The translations under genes and the position numbers were made by a program. From the IMG/VR virus record IMGVR_UViG_3300034272_001354, positions 12,983 to 76,982 of that record: DNA of 64,000 bases. One strand, given 5' to 3'. Under the pieces are notes generated by a model. That model saw nothing but the letters and a program-made list of their open reading frames with translations, had not been told where the DNA came from and made no database searches. Shown piece by piece: positions 1-10,841 of this stretch (the stretch's first letter is position 1; each line of letters opens with the position of its first letter). The stretch is from a virus.

Positions 1-186
1 AATCAATACTCAGCCGTTAACCCTGACGCTTTAGCCGATGGTGATGAGCAAGGTAAAGGTACTGGTGGATTTTTAGATGTTTATAATCAAGGTGCGGGGG
101 CAATACAAGACATTATGGAAAGAAAATCTGAAATAGTTGTTAATAAATACAAAGAAGTAAAACCATACACAACACCAAGTGCATAA
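1..186 (+). CDS. 3' end of a hypothetical protein (partial)
   Basis: Frame 1 is open from base 1 (NQYSAVNPDALADGDEQGKGTGG...TTPSA) to TAA at 184-186, overlapping the next ATG. Confidence 0.75.
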   Translation, partial: NQYSAVNPDALADGDEQGKGTGGFLDVYNQGAGAIQDIMERKSEIVVNKYKEVKPYTTPSA

Positions 187-866
187 TGAAACTTTACAAC
201 ACATTTAAATCACTTATTTTAGAAATAGCGTCTGTTGACTCTATAGTCGACGCTATAAAAAAACGAGATAAGATTATAATTTACTATGATGGGGATGAAC
301 CAGGTGGACGTGGATTACGTTTAATTGAACCGGTTTGTTTTGGTTATTCAAAAGCTGATAATCCTGTTGTAAGAGCGTGGGACTCTCAAGGAGCTTCTCA
401 TACCGCGTATTTAGGAGAACAACCTTTACCGGGATGGAGACTTTTTAGAGCTGACAAAATATTCTCTTTTAAACCAACGGGTGAAACATTTAACGAACCA
501 AAACCAAACTACAATCCAAATGGTGATAAAAGTATGAATCGTGTTATTATTAATGCCGATTTTTCTGAAGTCACACCACAACAAGCACCTGAACCAACTA
601 CACCAGAAACTGAAGTTGAAGTTAATGATGTAATTGATGATGTAATTATCACCACAGTTAATGATATGATTAACAATATCATTGAAAAAGATGGTGCCGA
701 TTCATTAGAAGGTGTTGATTTATCTAAAGCCGCAGAATCATATAAAAGAATATATTCCGGTATTGAAGATAAGATTCGTAGAAATTTATCCAATCAAGAG
801 AAAAATGATTTAAGACCAAAAGTTTCAGAACTAATACAACAATCTCAAAGTTTAATTAAAAAATAA
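186..866 (+). CDS. WYL-domain protein
   Basis: IYYDG..GLRLIEPVCFG...VRAWD...GWRLFRADKI matches the WYL fold; short N-terminal leader MKLYNTFKSLILE. Confidence 0.75.
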   Translation: MKLYNTFKSLILEIASVDSIVDAIKKRDKIIIYYDGDEPGGRGLRLIEPVCFGYSKADNPVVRAWDSQGASHTAYLGEQPLPGWRLFRADKIFSFKPTGETFNEPKPNYNPNGDKSMNRVIINADFSEVTPQQAPEPTTPETEVEVNDVIDDVIITTVNDMINNIIEKDGADSLEGVDLSKAAESYKRIYSGIEDKIRRNLSNQEKNDLRPKVSELIQQSQSLIKK

Positions 867-867
867 T

Positions 868-1464
868 ATGACAAACGAAAATGATTTAATTCAAAAACTT
901 ATGATTTCCAAACAAATCATGGAAAAACATAATCAAACCCCAAGAGGTGGTCTACCATCTATAGATACGTATGGTACACCTGAAGTAGCAACATACAATG
1001 CTCCTCCGGCAACTTATAACTTACCTCAAGATATGTTACAAGAAGCCTCTGTACCGGTACAAACAGTTAGCCAACCAATGACTCAAGATAGAGTTATGGC
1101 TTCAAAATTACCGGATGAGATTAAACGATTAATGATTGAACACCCAATAGCTCAACCGGCAGGTATGGGTGGACCTACTCTATCCAATGATTTAATTGAT
1201 AAGGCGGCAAGATTAATGAATGCAGATGCCAGAGGTAATCAAGTAAGCCAACCAAAACAAAGAGTTCAAGAACAATCTCAACCTCAATCTAACTTTAATA
1301 ACAAACAATTAAGAGATATGTTAAAAGAAGTTGTAGAAGAAGTATTACTAGAAAATGGGATTTTAGCTGAATCAACACAAAAATCAAATAACGAACTATT
1401 TTCTTTTAAAGTAGGAAAGCATATATTTGAGGGTAAGGTTACTAAGATTAAAAAAATATCTTAA
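868..1464 (+). CDS. hypothetical phage protein
   Basis: 198-aa ORF coupled to upstream gene, followed by a terminator. Confidence 0.75.
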   Translation: MTNENDLIQKLMISKQIMEKHNQTPRGGLPSIDTYGTPEVATYNAPPATYNLPQDMLQEASVPVQTVSQPMTQDRVMASKLPDEIKRLMIEHPIAQPAGMGGPTLSNDLIDKAARLMNADARGNQVSQPKQRVQEQSQPQSNFNNKQLRDMLKEVVEEVLLENGILAESTQKSNNELFSFKVGKHIFEGKVTKIKKIS

Positions 1465-1485
1465 ACTTTATTTACTCTAAAAACT

Positions 1486-1513
1486 AAACCCTCAAGGAAA
1501 CTTGGGGGTTTTT
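1486..1513 (+). terminator. intrinsic terminator
   Basis: AAACCCTCAAG-GAAA-CTTGGGGGTTT hairpin followed by T-run. Confidence 0.75.
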
Positions 1514-1575
1514 TATTTCTTAATAGTTGATATTATAATACTCTTTAATTATACTTTCTGTGATAATATTAAACT

Positions 1576-2796
1576 ATGAAAGAAAAAATTAATGTTTTAG
1601 TTCTCCCATCAGACAAAACCGGTGTTGGGAAATTCAGGTCTATTGACCCTCACGTATTTTTACAAAATCTATATCCTGACGATTTTCACGTTGAGATTGA
1701 TTATGAACCAAAAATAAACGATATCAAATATTGGGATAAATACCAAATTATCCACGTACACCGAAACATCGGCAGTCATTACGACCAAACACCATCAATC
1801 ATTAAGTATTTAAAGTCGATTGGTAAAGTTGTTATTATTGATATTGATGATTATTGGTTACCTACTGTTGACCACCCAATCCACAGTATTATTGTACAAA
1901 ACAAAATTCACGAAAAAATTGTAGCAAATTTAAAAGAAGCTGATTGGGTAACAACAACAACGGATATATTTGCAAATGAAATTCGTAAACTAAATAAGAA
2001 TGTGTTGGTGTTACCAAATGCAATCGACCCTAAAGAACCTCAATTTAATCAAGTGACACCACCATCAGATAAAATTAGAATTGGTTGGTTAGGAGGTTCA
2101 TCTCACTTACACGATTTAGGTTTATTAGACGCGTTTGTTCAAAAGAATCAAGACATCAACGATAAATTACAATATGTAATTTGTGGGTTCGATACAAGAG
2201 GTTCTGTAACTGAAATTAATCCAACAACCGGAGAACAAAAGAAAAGAGATATTTTACCTCACGAAACAGTGTGGGTTAATTATGAGGGAATTTTCACAAA
2301 TAATTATAAAACGTTAGACGAAAATTATGTTAAATTTTTAAAGGAATTTAAAGACGAAAACTATATTTCAGATAAAGAATTACCTTACGTTAGAGTTTGG
2401 ACAAAACCTGTTAACTCTTACGCCATGAATTATTCAAAATTTGATATATCTTTAGCACCAATTAAAAACCACATTTTTAATAGAATGAAATCTCAATTAA
2501 AAGTAATTGAAGCAGGATTTTATAAAAAAGCATTAATTGCTTCAGAGATTGGACCATACACCATAGATTTGGTTCATTGTTTAAAAAATGGTGAGTTTAA
2601 CGATAATGGTAATGCAATTTTAATACCTGAATCAAGAAACCATAGTGATTGGTCAAAATCAATTAAAAAATTAGTTCAAAACCCTGAAATGATAACCGAA
2701 TTAGGTGAGAGATTATATAACACCGTAAAAGACAAATATGACCTTAATAAGGTTACAGTTACAAGAGCGGAATTTTATAAAAGTTTAATTAAATAA
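1576..2796 (+). CDS. glycosyltransferase, GT-B/GT4-like
   Basis: DIDDYW, VLPNAID, RIGWLGGSSH, DISLAP...KSQLKVIEAG motifs. Confidence 0.8.
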   Translation: MKEKINVLVLPSDKTGVGKFRSIDPHVFLQNLYPDDFHVEIDYEPKINDIKYWDKYQIIHVHRNIGSHYDQTPSIIKYLKSIGKVVIIDIDDYWLPTVDHPIHSIIVQNKIHEKIVANLKEADWVTTTTDIFANEIRKLNKNVLVLPNAIDPKEPQFNQVTPPSDKIRIGWLGGSSHLHDLGLLDAFVQKNQDINDKLQYVICGFDTRGSVTEINPTTGEQKKRDILPHETVWVNYEGIFTNNYKTLDENYVKFLKEFKDENYISDKELPYVRVWTKPVNSYAMNYSKFDISLAPIKNHIFNRMKSQLKVIEAGFYKKALIASEIGPYTIDLVHCLKNGEFNDNGNAILIPESRNHSDWSKSIKKLVQNPEMITELGERLYNTVKDKYDLNKVTVTRAEFYKSLIK

Positions 2797-2798
2797 AA

Positions 2799-3254
2799 AT
2801 GAATACAAAAAAAACAATCGGTTTTACCGCAGGTAATTTTGACTTACTTCATCCGGGATATATCTATACATTTGAAGAAGCTAAACGTCATTGTGATTAT
2901 TTTATGGTTTTTTTACAAAGAGACCCATCTGAAACTAGATTCACAAAATATAAACCTGTCGTTCCTTTATATGAACGATATAAAACATTAATGTCAATTA
3001 AATATGTTGATGAAGTGGTCACATATCAAACTGAAGAAGATTTGATTCAATTAATGGAATTTTACAAACCTGACGTTAGAATTTTAGGCGATGATTATAT
3101 TGGAAAAAGATTTACCGGAGACCATTTACCTATTAAAGTAATTTATACAACAAGGTCTCACAATTGGTCAACAACTAAAATTAAAGATTTAATTACAAGA
3201 CAAACAATCATACAAAATCCGGATATTATTAAAAATTTAGAATCAAATGATTAA
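2799..3254 (+). CDS. cytidylyltransferase (TagD/RfaE-like)
   Basis: GNFDLLHPGY (HxGH-like), GDDY, STTKIK motifs. Confidence 0.85.
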   Translation: MNTKKTIGFTAGNFDLLHPGYIYTFEEAKRHCDYFMVFLQRDPSETRFTKYKPVVPLYERYKTLMSIKYVDEVVTYQTEEDLIQLMEFYKPDVRILGDDYIGKRFTGDHLPIKVIYTTRSHNWSTTKIKDLITRQTIIQNPDIIKNLESND

Positions 3255-3957
3255 AACACCATTAACTAAAATATTATTTTTAGATATTGAAACAGTTGGA
3301 ATTGAAAAAGATTACGACACTTGTTTAGAAAAAAGACCTGAATTGGCAAAACAATTTGACAAATATTATGATTGGTTTTTAAAACGTTTCCCTGAAGACA
3401 AGGAAATTGAATCAGACCAAAAGAATAAAGTATTTTCAACAAGAACCGCATTAGTTCCTGAATTTGCAAAAATTGTTTGTATGAGTGTCGCCTTTGTAAT
3501 GGAAAATGGCGAGATTAAAAAACAAACGTTTTCAGGGGATGACGAAAAAGTGTTACTAAAAGAATGTCAAAATTTATTAGAACGTTGTGGAAAATTAGAT
3601 TTTTTCCTATGTGGTCATAATTTAAAAAACTTTGATATTCCAATGACCGCCAAAAGAATGATAATCAATGGATTATTACCCCCATCGATTCTACCATCTT
3701 ATGATACAAAACCGTGGGAAATAAAAGCAATTGATACCAGAGAAATTTGGCAATACGGAGCATACACCGCAATTGGTTCATTAGATTTAATGTGTACATC
3801 AATGGAAGTTCCTTCACCAAAAGAAGGTGATGTTACCGGAGATAAAGTACACGACGCATATTGGAATAAAAATATGTTAGAAGAGATATCAGCATACTGT
3901 GAACGTGATGTACTAGTATTGATTGATTTAATAAAAAAATTAAAAAATTTAGAATAA
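3247..3957 (+). CDS. DnaQ/PolB-type 3'-5' exonuclease
   Basis: FLDIET, GHNLKNFDIP, YCERDV (Exo I-III motifs). Confidence 0.8.
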   Translation: MIKTPLTKILFLDIETVGIEKDYDTCLEKRPELAKQFDKYYDWFLKRFPEDKEIESDQKNKVFSTRTALVPEFAKIVCMSVAFVMENGEIKKQTFSGDDEKVLLKECQNLLERCGKLDFFLCGHNLKNFDIPMTAKRMIINGLLPPSILPSYDTKPWEIKAIDTREIWQYGAYTAIGSLDLMCTSMEVPSPKEGDVTGDKVHDAYWNKNMLEEISAYCERDVLVLIDLIKKLKNLE

Positions 3958-4553
3958 TGTTAAACGAAGATTTAGATTTCTTAAAAAACAAAGCCGAGGA
4001 ATTAAAAAAATTGGCAAATATTGATTTAGATGATTTAAGTTATGAGGACATAATGAGTGAGTTTGGTTTGGATTTAAAGCAACTTGAAGACGATATGATG
4101 AATTCAAGAACTAGGCTTCCATTAGGGTTTGTAAAACTTCATCCTGACGCAGTAACACCAAAATATAATTATGATAGTGATTCAGGGTTTGACCTACACT
4201 CTATTGAAGAGGTTACAATTGAACCTTTTGGTAGAGCATTAGTCCCAAGTGGATTATCATTTGATATTAAAGACGGATATGAACTTCAAGTAAGAACTAA
4301 AAGTGGATTAGCAATCAATCAAGGACTTATGGTTTTAAACTCACCGGGGACTGTTGATAATGGTTATACAGGTGAAGTTAAAGGTATTATATTTAACACC
4401 AACCATCACCCCGTAACTATCCATAAAGGAATGAAATTTGGCCAAGCGGTATTATGTCCCGTTGTAAATGGGGGTTGGGTTCATTTGGACCAAAGAAAAG
4501 AAGTAATTGATAAAGAAAGAGGTAATAACGGATTTGGGTCAACAGGAATTTAA
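3957..4553 (+). CDS. dut: trimeric dUTPase
   Basis: SGFDL, RTKSGLA, GTVDNGYTGE, RGNNGFGSTG motifs. Confidence 0.92.
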   Translation: MLNEDLDFLKNKAEELKKLANIDLDDLSYEDIMSEFGLDLKQLEDDMMNSRTRLPLGFVKLHPDAVTPKYNYDSDSGFDLHSIEEVTIEPFGRALVPSGLSFDIKDGYELQVRTKSGLAINQGLMVLNSPGTVDNGYTGEVKGIIFNTNHHPVTIHKGMKFGQAVLCPVVNGGWVHLDQRKEVIDKERGNNGFGSTGI

Positions 4554-4554
4554 A

Positions 4555-5277
4555 ATGGAAATAAATAATGTAAATGTAGGTATTTGTTTAATAATTAAAA
4601 ACGAAACCCAATATTTGGATGAATGGTTAGAACATTATCGTAAATTAGGTGTTGATAAATTTTTTATTTATGATAACAATTCTTCAACACCAATTAAAAT
4701 TGACGATAATGATGTTGAAGTTATTTTATGGGATAATGAGTTATTTGGTTCTCAAAATAACGCATATTTAGATTGTTGTCAAAAAAATCTATCATTTGAT
4801 TTTATAGGATTTTTTGATACTGATGAGTTTTATTTTTCAAAAAGTATGAACATTAAGTCAGACATTAATCATTTTAAATCTTTATATGGTGATTTTGATG
4901 GATTTGCAATCTATTGGAGATTATATGGTAAACAATCTCCTTATTTCACAGAAAGACAATCTATTGAAATGTATACCCAATATTATGAAGATGGTCATAT
5001 AAAAAGTTTATTAACCCCTAAAAAAGTTGTAAGTTTTGGTCAACCCCATTTTGCTAGTTTACTTAACGGTAAATATATTGATGAATTAGGTAGAATTGTT
5101 TTTTCCCCAATAGGAGAACATACTAGTGATTATGTGTGGATAAAACATATTTGGGCTAGAAGTGAAGAAGAATTCAAAGAAAAATTAATAAGAGGTGATG
5201 TTAATTGGAGAAAACAAATAAACACAGATTTTAACGAATTTTACAATTATAATGATAGATGTGTTTTAAATGACTAA
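4555..5277 (+). CDS. glycosyltransferase (GT2/GT92-like)
   Basis: KNETQYLDEWLEHY..LGVDKFFIYDNNS, FFDTDEF; start moved to ATG 4555 after the dut stop. Confidence 0.75.
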   Translation: MEINNVNVGICLIIKNETQYLDEWLEHYRKLGVDKFFIYDNNSSTPIKIDDNDVEVILWDNELFGSQNNAYLDCCQKNLSFDFIGFFDTDEFYFSKSMNIKSDINHFKSLYGDFDGFAIYWRLYGKQSPYFTERQSIEMYTQYYEDGHIKSLLTPKKVVSFGQPHFASLLNGKYIDELGRIVFSPIGEHTSDYVWIKHIWARSEEEFKEKLIRGDVNWRKQINTDFNEFYNYNDRCVLND

Positions 5278-5289
5278 CAGATAAAATTT

Positions 5290-6798
5290 ATGATAACAAT
5301 AATATATTCAACACATAAAGATGAACAATTTAATAACAAATTTAAACAACATTTGTTACAAACTGTTGGTCTAAAAGATGTTCAAATTTTGGAATATAAA
5401 AACAATAATGAATTTAGTTTGAGTGAGATTTATAATAAAGGTATATCTCATTCAAATTTTGATATTGTGGTTTGTTGCCATAATGATATAAAATTAGAAA
5501 ATGGGTGGGGTAAAAAACTTTTAAAAGATTACTCTGATAATCCTGAATATAGTATTATTGGAAAAGCAGGTACATCATATTTTCCTGAATCAGGGGTGTT
5601 TTGGGAAAAAATGCAACAAACTATGGTGGGACAAGTTTACCATCAACCTGATAAAGATAAGTGGTTAAGTAAATATTCCCCAAAATTACCAATAATTGTT
5701 CCCGTAGTTTCAATAGACGGTTTATTTTTATCATTTAATAAGACAAAAATAAAACATACGTTTGATGAAAGTATTGGTAGATTTCACTTTTATGACCATT
5801 TATTTTGTTTACCAAATTATTTAGACGGAGTTAAGATTGGTGTCACATCATCTTTTGAAATTATTCATCAATCAATCGGAAGACCAAATCAGGAGTTTTA
5901 CGAAACCAAAGAAAAATTTGTGGAGAAATGGAAACACGTTTTACCATTAGATTTAAAACCTGAAAAAATTTACATTCCGGAAATAAAAGAAAAACCAATT
6001 AAAAATATTGGTAAAGTAGCCGTTATCATCCCAACCAAAGGAAATATTGAAATGTTGAAAGAATGTGTTGATTCATTTTACATTCATTGTAACTCTGAAT
6101 TATTTGACATTTTCATTGCTGATACCGGTTCAACAGATGACGAAAAAGAAACATTAAAAAGTAATATAAAAGATTATAATAACATAAAATTAATTGAATA
6201 TGATTATTATAATTTTGCAAAAATTAATAATGATGTTGTTAAAAATCACGTAACTGATGAATACGAATTTTTATTATTCTGTAATAATGATATTAAATTA
6301 TTGAATAATGTAATTTATGGAATGTTAAACATTTTTAAAACAACACCTAAAGTTGGTACGATTGGATGTAGATTACATTTTGAAGACAATACCATCCAAC
6401 ATGACGGTGTCATTTGTTTATTTGATAGTAAACAAAATTTATTAATATCTCATCACGGATTAAATAGTTATTACAATTTTTCAAATAATAACAGAAAAAT
6501 ATTAGGTTCTACGGCAGCATTACTTATCATTAAAAAAGAGGTATTTATTAAATGTGGTTATTTTAATGAAAATTACACCACTTGTTTTGAAGATGTTGAA
6601 TTGAATTTAAAGTGTTTAATGTTGGGTTTAGATAACTATTGTAATAGTAATTTAGTTTCTTATCATTATGAAAGTCAAACAAGAAATAACGATGATGAAA
6701 AATCTAAAAAACAATTTAATGATTATAACAATATATTAAAACCATTTGTTATTAACAATTATGATAAGTTAAAAACTCATATACAAATAATAAAATAA
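5290..6798 (+). CDS. two-domain GT-A glycosyltransferase
   Basis: Domain 1 has CCHNDI and FHFYD; domain 2 has VIIPTK, DTGSTD, FCNNDI, FEDVELNL, YHYESQTR. Confidence 0.8.
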   Translation: MITIIYSTHKDEQFNNKFKQHLLQTVGLKDVQILEYKNNNEFSLSEIYNKGISHSNFDIVVCCHNDIKLENGWGKKLLKDYSDNPEYSIIGKAGTSYFPESGVFWEKMQQTMVGQVYHQPDKDKWLSKYSPKLPIIVPVVSIDGLFLSFNKTKIKHTFDESIGRFHFYDHLFCLPNYLDGVKIGVTSSFEIIHQSIGRPNQEFYETKEKFVEKWKHVLPLDLKPEKIYIPEIKEKPIKNIGKVAVIIPTKGNIEMLKECVDSFYIHCNSELFDIFIADTGSTDDEKETLKSNIKDYNNIKLIEYDYYNFAKINNDVVKNHVTDEYEFLLFCNNDIKLLNNVIYGMLNIFKTTPKVGTIGCRLHFEDNTIQHDGVICLFDSKQNLLISHHGLNSYYNFSNNNRKILGSTAALLIIKKEVFIKCGYFNENYTTCFEDVELNLKCLMLGLDNYCNSNLVSYHYESQTRNNDDEKSKKQFNDYNNILKPFVINNYDKLKTHIQIIK

Positions 6799-6819
6799 AC
6801 AAAAAAAAAATAATTAAAA

Positions 6820-7968
6820 ATGAAAAGAGAAACAATACAACTGTTCAAAGTTTTTATGTCTGAAAACGCAGCACCTGAAGTTGCCAAAGTATTAAACAGT
6901 GGATATATTGGTCAAGGTGAAAAGGTTGAACAATTTGAATCTAAATTACAAGATTTCTTTATGAAAGATTACATTGTAACATTAAACTCCGGTACTAGCG
7001 GACTTCATTTAGCTTTAGATTTATTAAAAAAATCTTCAGGTAAATGGCCAGGATTAGAAGATGGTGATGAGGTATTAGCAACATCATTAACGTGTACAGC
7101 GTCAAATTTTCCAATTTTAGCAAACAATTTAAATATTAAATGGGTAGATGTTGACCCAACAACATTAAATATGGATTTAGATGACTTGTCAAGAAAAATA
7201 AGTCCAAAAACCAAAGCCATTATGTTAGTACACTGGGGTGGTTATCCAAATGATTTAGATAGAATTAAAGAAATTCAAAATAAATGTTTTGAGTTATATG
7301 GGTTTAAACCGGCGGTTATTGAAGATGGTGCTCACTCATTTGGTTCTAAATATAAAGGCAAATATATTGGTAACCATGGTAATATGACTATGTATAGTTT
7401 ACAAGCTATTAAACATATCACATCCATTGATGGTGGTTTATTATTATTACCTCACCAAGAATTATATGATAGAGCGAAATTATTAAGATGGTACGGTATC
7501 GACAGAAATTCAAACAGAAAAGATTTTAGATGTGAGGCGGATATTCAAGAGTGGGGTTTTAAATTTCATATGAATGATGTTTGTGCAACAGTTGGTATGG
7601 AAAATTTAAAACACGCAGAGGAAATTGTTGGTAGACATCAATCTAACGCAAAATTTTATGATGAAAATCTACAAAATATTCCGGGATTAACAACATTAAC
7701 TAGACATGAGGGTCATGAATCAGCATTTTGGATTTATAGTATGTTAGTTGAAAATAGAGACGGTTTTTATAAACACATGAAAGATTGTGGTATTGTAGTT
7801 TCTCAAGTTCACGAAAGAAATGATAAACACACTTGTGTTTCTGATTATAAATCATCATTACCTACTTTAGATAGAATTATTGGGAAAGTTGTTTCAATAC
7901 CTGTTGGATGGTGGGTTACAGATGAAGATAGACAATACATTGTTGATTGTATTAAAAAAGGTTGGTAA
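6820..7968 (+). CDS. DegT/DnrJ/EryC1 family PLP-dependent sugar aminotransferase
   Basis: NSGTSGLHLAL, VHWGG, IEDGAHSFG, SLQAIKHITSIDGG (PLP lysine). Confidence 0.9.
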   Translation: MKRETIQLFKVFMSENAAPEVAKVLNSGYIGQGEKVEQFESKLQDFFMKDYIVTLNSGTSGLHLALDLLKKSSGKWPGLEDGDEVLATSLTCTASNFPILANNLNIKWVDVDPTTLNMDLDDLSRKISPKTKAIMLVHWGGYPNDLDRIKEIQNKCFELYGFKPAVIEDGAHSFGSKYKGKYIGNHGNMTMYSLQAIKHITSIDGGLLLLPHQELYDRAKLLRWYGIDRNSNRKDFRCEADIQEWGFKFHMNDVCATVGMENLKHAEEIVGRHQSNAKFYDENLQNIPGLTTLTRHEGHESAFWIYSMLVENRDGFYKHMKDCGIVVSQVHERNDKHTCVSDYKSSLPTLDRIIGKVVSIPVGWWVTDEDRQYIVDCIKKGW

Positions 7969-7969
7969 T

Positions 7970-8917
7970 ATGATTAATTCAGAACAAAGAAATCTTTTGA
8001 ATGAAATGATTTTGGATTTAAATAACTCCAAAATTTCAGAATATAAACCTAGTAGTGTGTGTTGGGAAAGTTTATCAAACCAATTTGAGATATTTTTCAA
8101 TGAAATTGGTATTAATAATGTTCAAAACCAAATAAGGTATAATAATTTATTTTCTTTTATACATGATATTCCAGGATTGTCATTTCAGTCTGCTGTATGG
8201 AGTTACTATAGTTATTTGAAATTAAAAGATAAGTACAATATATTAACTCTAACAACCGCTTTACCATCAGGTAATTCTAATTTAGATTATAACCCATCTG
8301 AAAAAATAGATGGTAGACCTAAAGATAGAGAAAATAAATTAATTAATTGGGATTATTTAATTTCTTTAGATACGATTATGACTATCTTGGAATGTAATCC
8401 TGATTTATTAAACAAACCTGTAACTATTTGTGAAGTAGGTGCTGGATGGGGTCGAGTAGGTTATTATTTAACACAAATTAATAATAAAATATCTTATAAC
8501 ATATTTGATATCCCGCACACTTTATTAATATCGTCTGATTATTTGTATAATAATGTTAAACACATTAAAGTATTTAAGTATTTAGAAACTAAACAAAATA
8601 ATTTTACAACCAAAAAATTACTGTTAAAAAATCCGGGTATAAATTTTTATACACCAAATAAGTTAGAAGATTTTGAAGATAAGTGTTTTGATTTATTTAT
8701 TAACATAGCGTCATTTCAAGAAATGAATATTGAACAAGTGACAAATTATTATAAAAAAATTAATCAGTTGTCAGATAATTTTTATAATCAACAAAGATAT
8801 AAAGATTTAGATATGGAATATAATAAATATCCATTGTACGATAACTGGAAAAAGGTGTTTGATAAAGACATAAACTTTCACCCATTATGGTTTGAGCAAT
8901 ATTTTAAAATAAGTTAA
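7970..8917 (+). CDS. putative sugar O-methyltransferase (class I SAM-dependent)
   Basis: ICEVGAGWGR, FDIP, DLFINIASFQEM; start taken at ATG 7970. Confidence 0.7.
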   Translation: MINSEQRNLLNEMILDLNNSKISEYKPSSVCWESLSNQFEIFFNEIGINNVQNQIRYNNLFSFIHDIPGLSFQSAVWSYYSYLKLKDKYNILTLTTALPSGNSNLDYNPSEKIDGRPKDRENKLINWDYLISLDTIMTILECNPDLLNKPVTICEVGAGWGRVGYYLTQINNKISYNIFDIPHTLLISSDYLYNNVKHIKVFKYLETKQNNFTTKKLLLKNPGINFYTPNKLEDFEDKCFDLFINIASFQEMNIEQVTNYYKKINQLSDNFYNQQRYKDLDMEYNKYPLYDNWKKVFDKDINFHPLWFEQYFKIS

Positions 8918-8921
8918 AAAA

Positions 8922-9623
8922 ATGTTTGATTACATTGTTTGTTTTTATTTTGGAGAAAGAAGAGTTAGAACAACCAATTCATTATTATTATCTGATAGAT
9001 ATTTTTTTGTTAAAAAACATTTAGATTTTATAAAAAATAATGAAACAGTTTTAAACGACATTAATAACGTAATTTTAGTTATTAATAATTCAAATGATGA
9101 CGATTTAAAATCCGTTACAAATATTAAAAATGAATATCCCTTCTCAGATAAAATTATTATCATAGGAAGGGATAATTCAAATTATTCTTATGGTGGGTGG
9201 AATGAATCATTAATTCATCAAATAAATTTAAATACCCCATCGTTACACGCATTTCTTTGTGAAGATGATTACATACCTTGTAATGATAATTTTCATAAAA
9301 AATTTATAGAATTTTTTAATTCCGATGTTATATATGTTTGTCAATTATTTATGAATAATCATGCGGCAATTTCAAATGGTTTCATAACTTATAACATAAT
9401 AAAAGATTATTATAATAATACCAAAGAATTATTTGTGCTCACTAATAGTTATGATTATAGAAGTGCCGAAATTAACCAAGTTAACTTTTTAAATAATTTT
9501 AAAAATTTAAAGTGTGTTGACATCAGTGAAAAATATTGTTCAAAATTTTTAGATTTCAATAATAGTATTGTTGTTTATGGGAATAAAACCGGTGAAGAAT
9601 TAATAAAACCAATTTTAGAATAA
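8922..9623 (+). CDS. GT-A fold glycosyltransferase-like protein
   Basis: RDNSNYSYGGW and FLCEDDY motifs. Confidence 0.5.
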   Translation: MFDYIVCFYFGERRVRTTNSLLLSDRYFFVKKHLDFIKNNETVLNDINNVILVINNSNDDDLKSVTNIKNEYPFSDKIIIIGRDNSNYSYGGWNESLIHQINLNTPSLHAFLCEDDYIPCNDNFHKKFIEFFNSDVIYVCQLFMNNHAAISNGFITYNIIKDYYNNTKELFVLTNSYDYRSAEINQVNFLNNFKNLKCVDISEKYCSKFLDFNNSIVVYGNKTGEELIKPILE

Positions 9624-10105
9624 TGATAAAATTTAAAAAATTAGAAGAAGACGACTTACAATTCTTAAACGATGTAAGAAACGAATATTGCGAAGAATTT
9701 TTACATGATAGTAGACAATTCACATTAGAAGAAACCAAACAATGGTTCCATAAATATAATCCGGACTTTTACATTATTACGTTAGACGATGAAAGAATTG
9801 GGTATTTTAGACTATCCAACTATTCTGATGTGAATAAAAATATTTACATTGGTGCCGACATTTCACCAAAATTTAAAGGTAAAGGTTTGGGTAAATTATC
9901 TTATGAAAAATTTATACCTTTTTTGTTTGAAACCTATAATTTGAATAAAATAAGTTTAGAAGTATTGTCTAATAACATAATTGCTTTAAATTTATATAAT
10001 AAACTTGGGTTTGTAACCGAAGGTGTTAAACGTCAAGAAGTTTATAAAAATAATCAATGGGTTGATTCCATTATTATGTCAATATTAAAAAATGAATATG
10101 AATAA
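9623..10105 (+). CDS. GNAT N-acetyltransferase (PseH/RimJ-like)
   Basis: ISPKFKGKGLG, LEVLSNNIIALNLYNKLGFVTEG. Confidence 0.85.
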   Translation: MIKFKKLEEDDLQFLNDVRNEYCEEFLHDSRQFTLEETKQWFHKYNPDFYIITLDDERIGYFRLSNYSDVNKNIYIGADISPKFKGKGLGKLSYEKFIPFLFETYNLNKISLEVLSNNIIALNLYNKLGFVTEGVKRQEVYKNNQWVDSIIMSILKNEYE

Positions 10106-10829
10106 TTTAAAATTTGAACTTATTATAGCTTACTATAAAAGACCTAAAATTGTTTTAAATGCTTTAGAATCTATATTAAAATCCACATATGACAATTGGC
10201 ATCTAACATTTGTTGATGATTCCGGTGACGATTCTTTTAAAGAGACCTTTTTAAATTATGGTTTTGATTCTTCTAAAATAACATATTCCCCAATATTAAT
10301 GTCTGATGACGAAAAAAATAATATAGGAGGTTCAATATTTGGTAAGTACGTTAACGACGCTATCCAAAATACCGATGCCGATATTATTATATTAATATGT
10401 GATGATGACGCAATATTTCCTGATTATATGGAAAATCTTAATAAATTTTATACTAAAAATCCTGATAAAATGTGGGGGTATTGTCATGTTGAATTTTATA
10501 ACCCTGAAATTGAACATTATACCCAATCAACCAAAACTAACGGAGACTCATCTTTAGGATTTTCAGATTTAAATGCTTTAACAATCCCAATAATGCCAGT
10601 TAATAAAATTGATAGTTCTCAAATTTCTTTTAGAAAAACCGCATTTACTGATGGTAATGTTTGGTATCCACATCCGTATACCGTAAGTTTAGATGCCCAC
10701 GTTTTTCGTAATATGTTTAAGGTTTGGGGATTATGTGAGTTCACAAATTGTTATGGACAATATAAAGGTTGGTTCGCAAATCAATTAGGGGTTAGAGTTA
10801 GAAAAAAAATAGGTACATTTATAAAATAA
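10098..10829 (+). CDS. GT2 glycosyltransferase, paralog A
   Basis: IIAYYKR, VDDSGD, ICDDD; near-identical N-terminal half to the next gene. Confidence 0.8.
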   Translation: MNNLKFELIIAYYKRPKIVLNALESILKSTYDNWHLTFVDDSGDDSFKETFLNYGFDSSKITYSPILMSDDEKNNIGGSIFGKYVNDAIQNTDADIIILICDDDAIFPDYMENLNKFYTKNPDKMWGYCHVEFYNPEIEHYTQSTKTNGDSSLGFSDLNALTIPIMPVNKIDSSQISFRKTAFTDGNVWYPHPYTVSLDAHVFRNMFKVWGLCEFTNCYGQYKGWFANQLGVRVRKKIGTFIK

Positions 10830-10841
10830 TAAAAAATAAAT

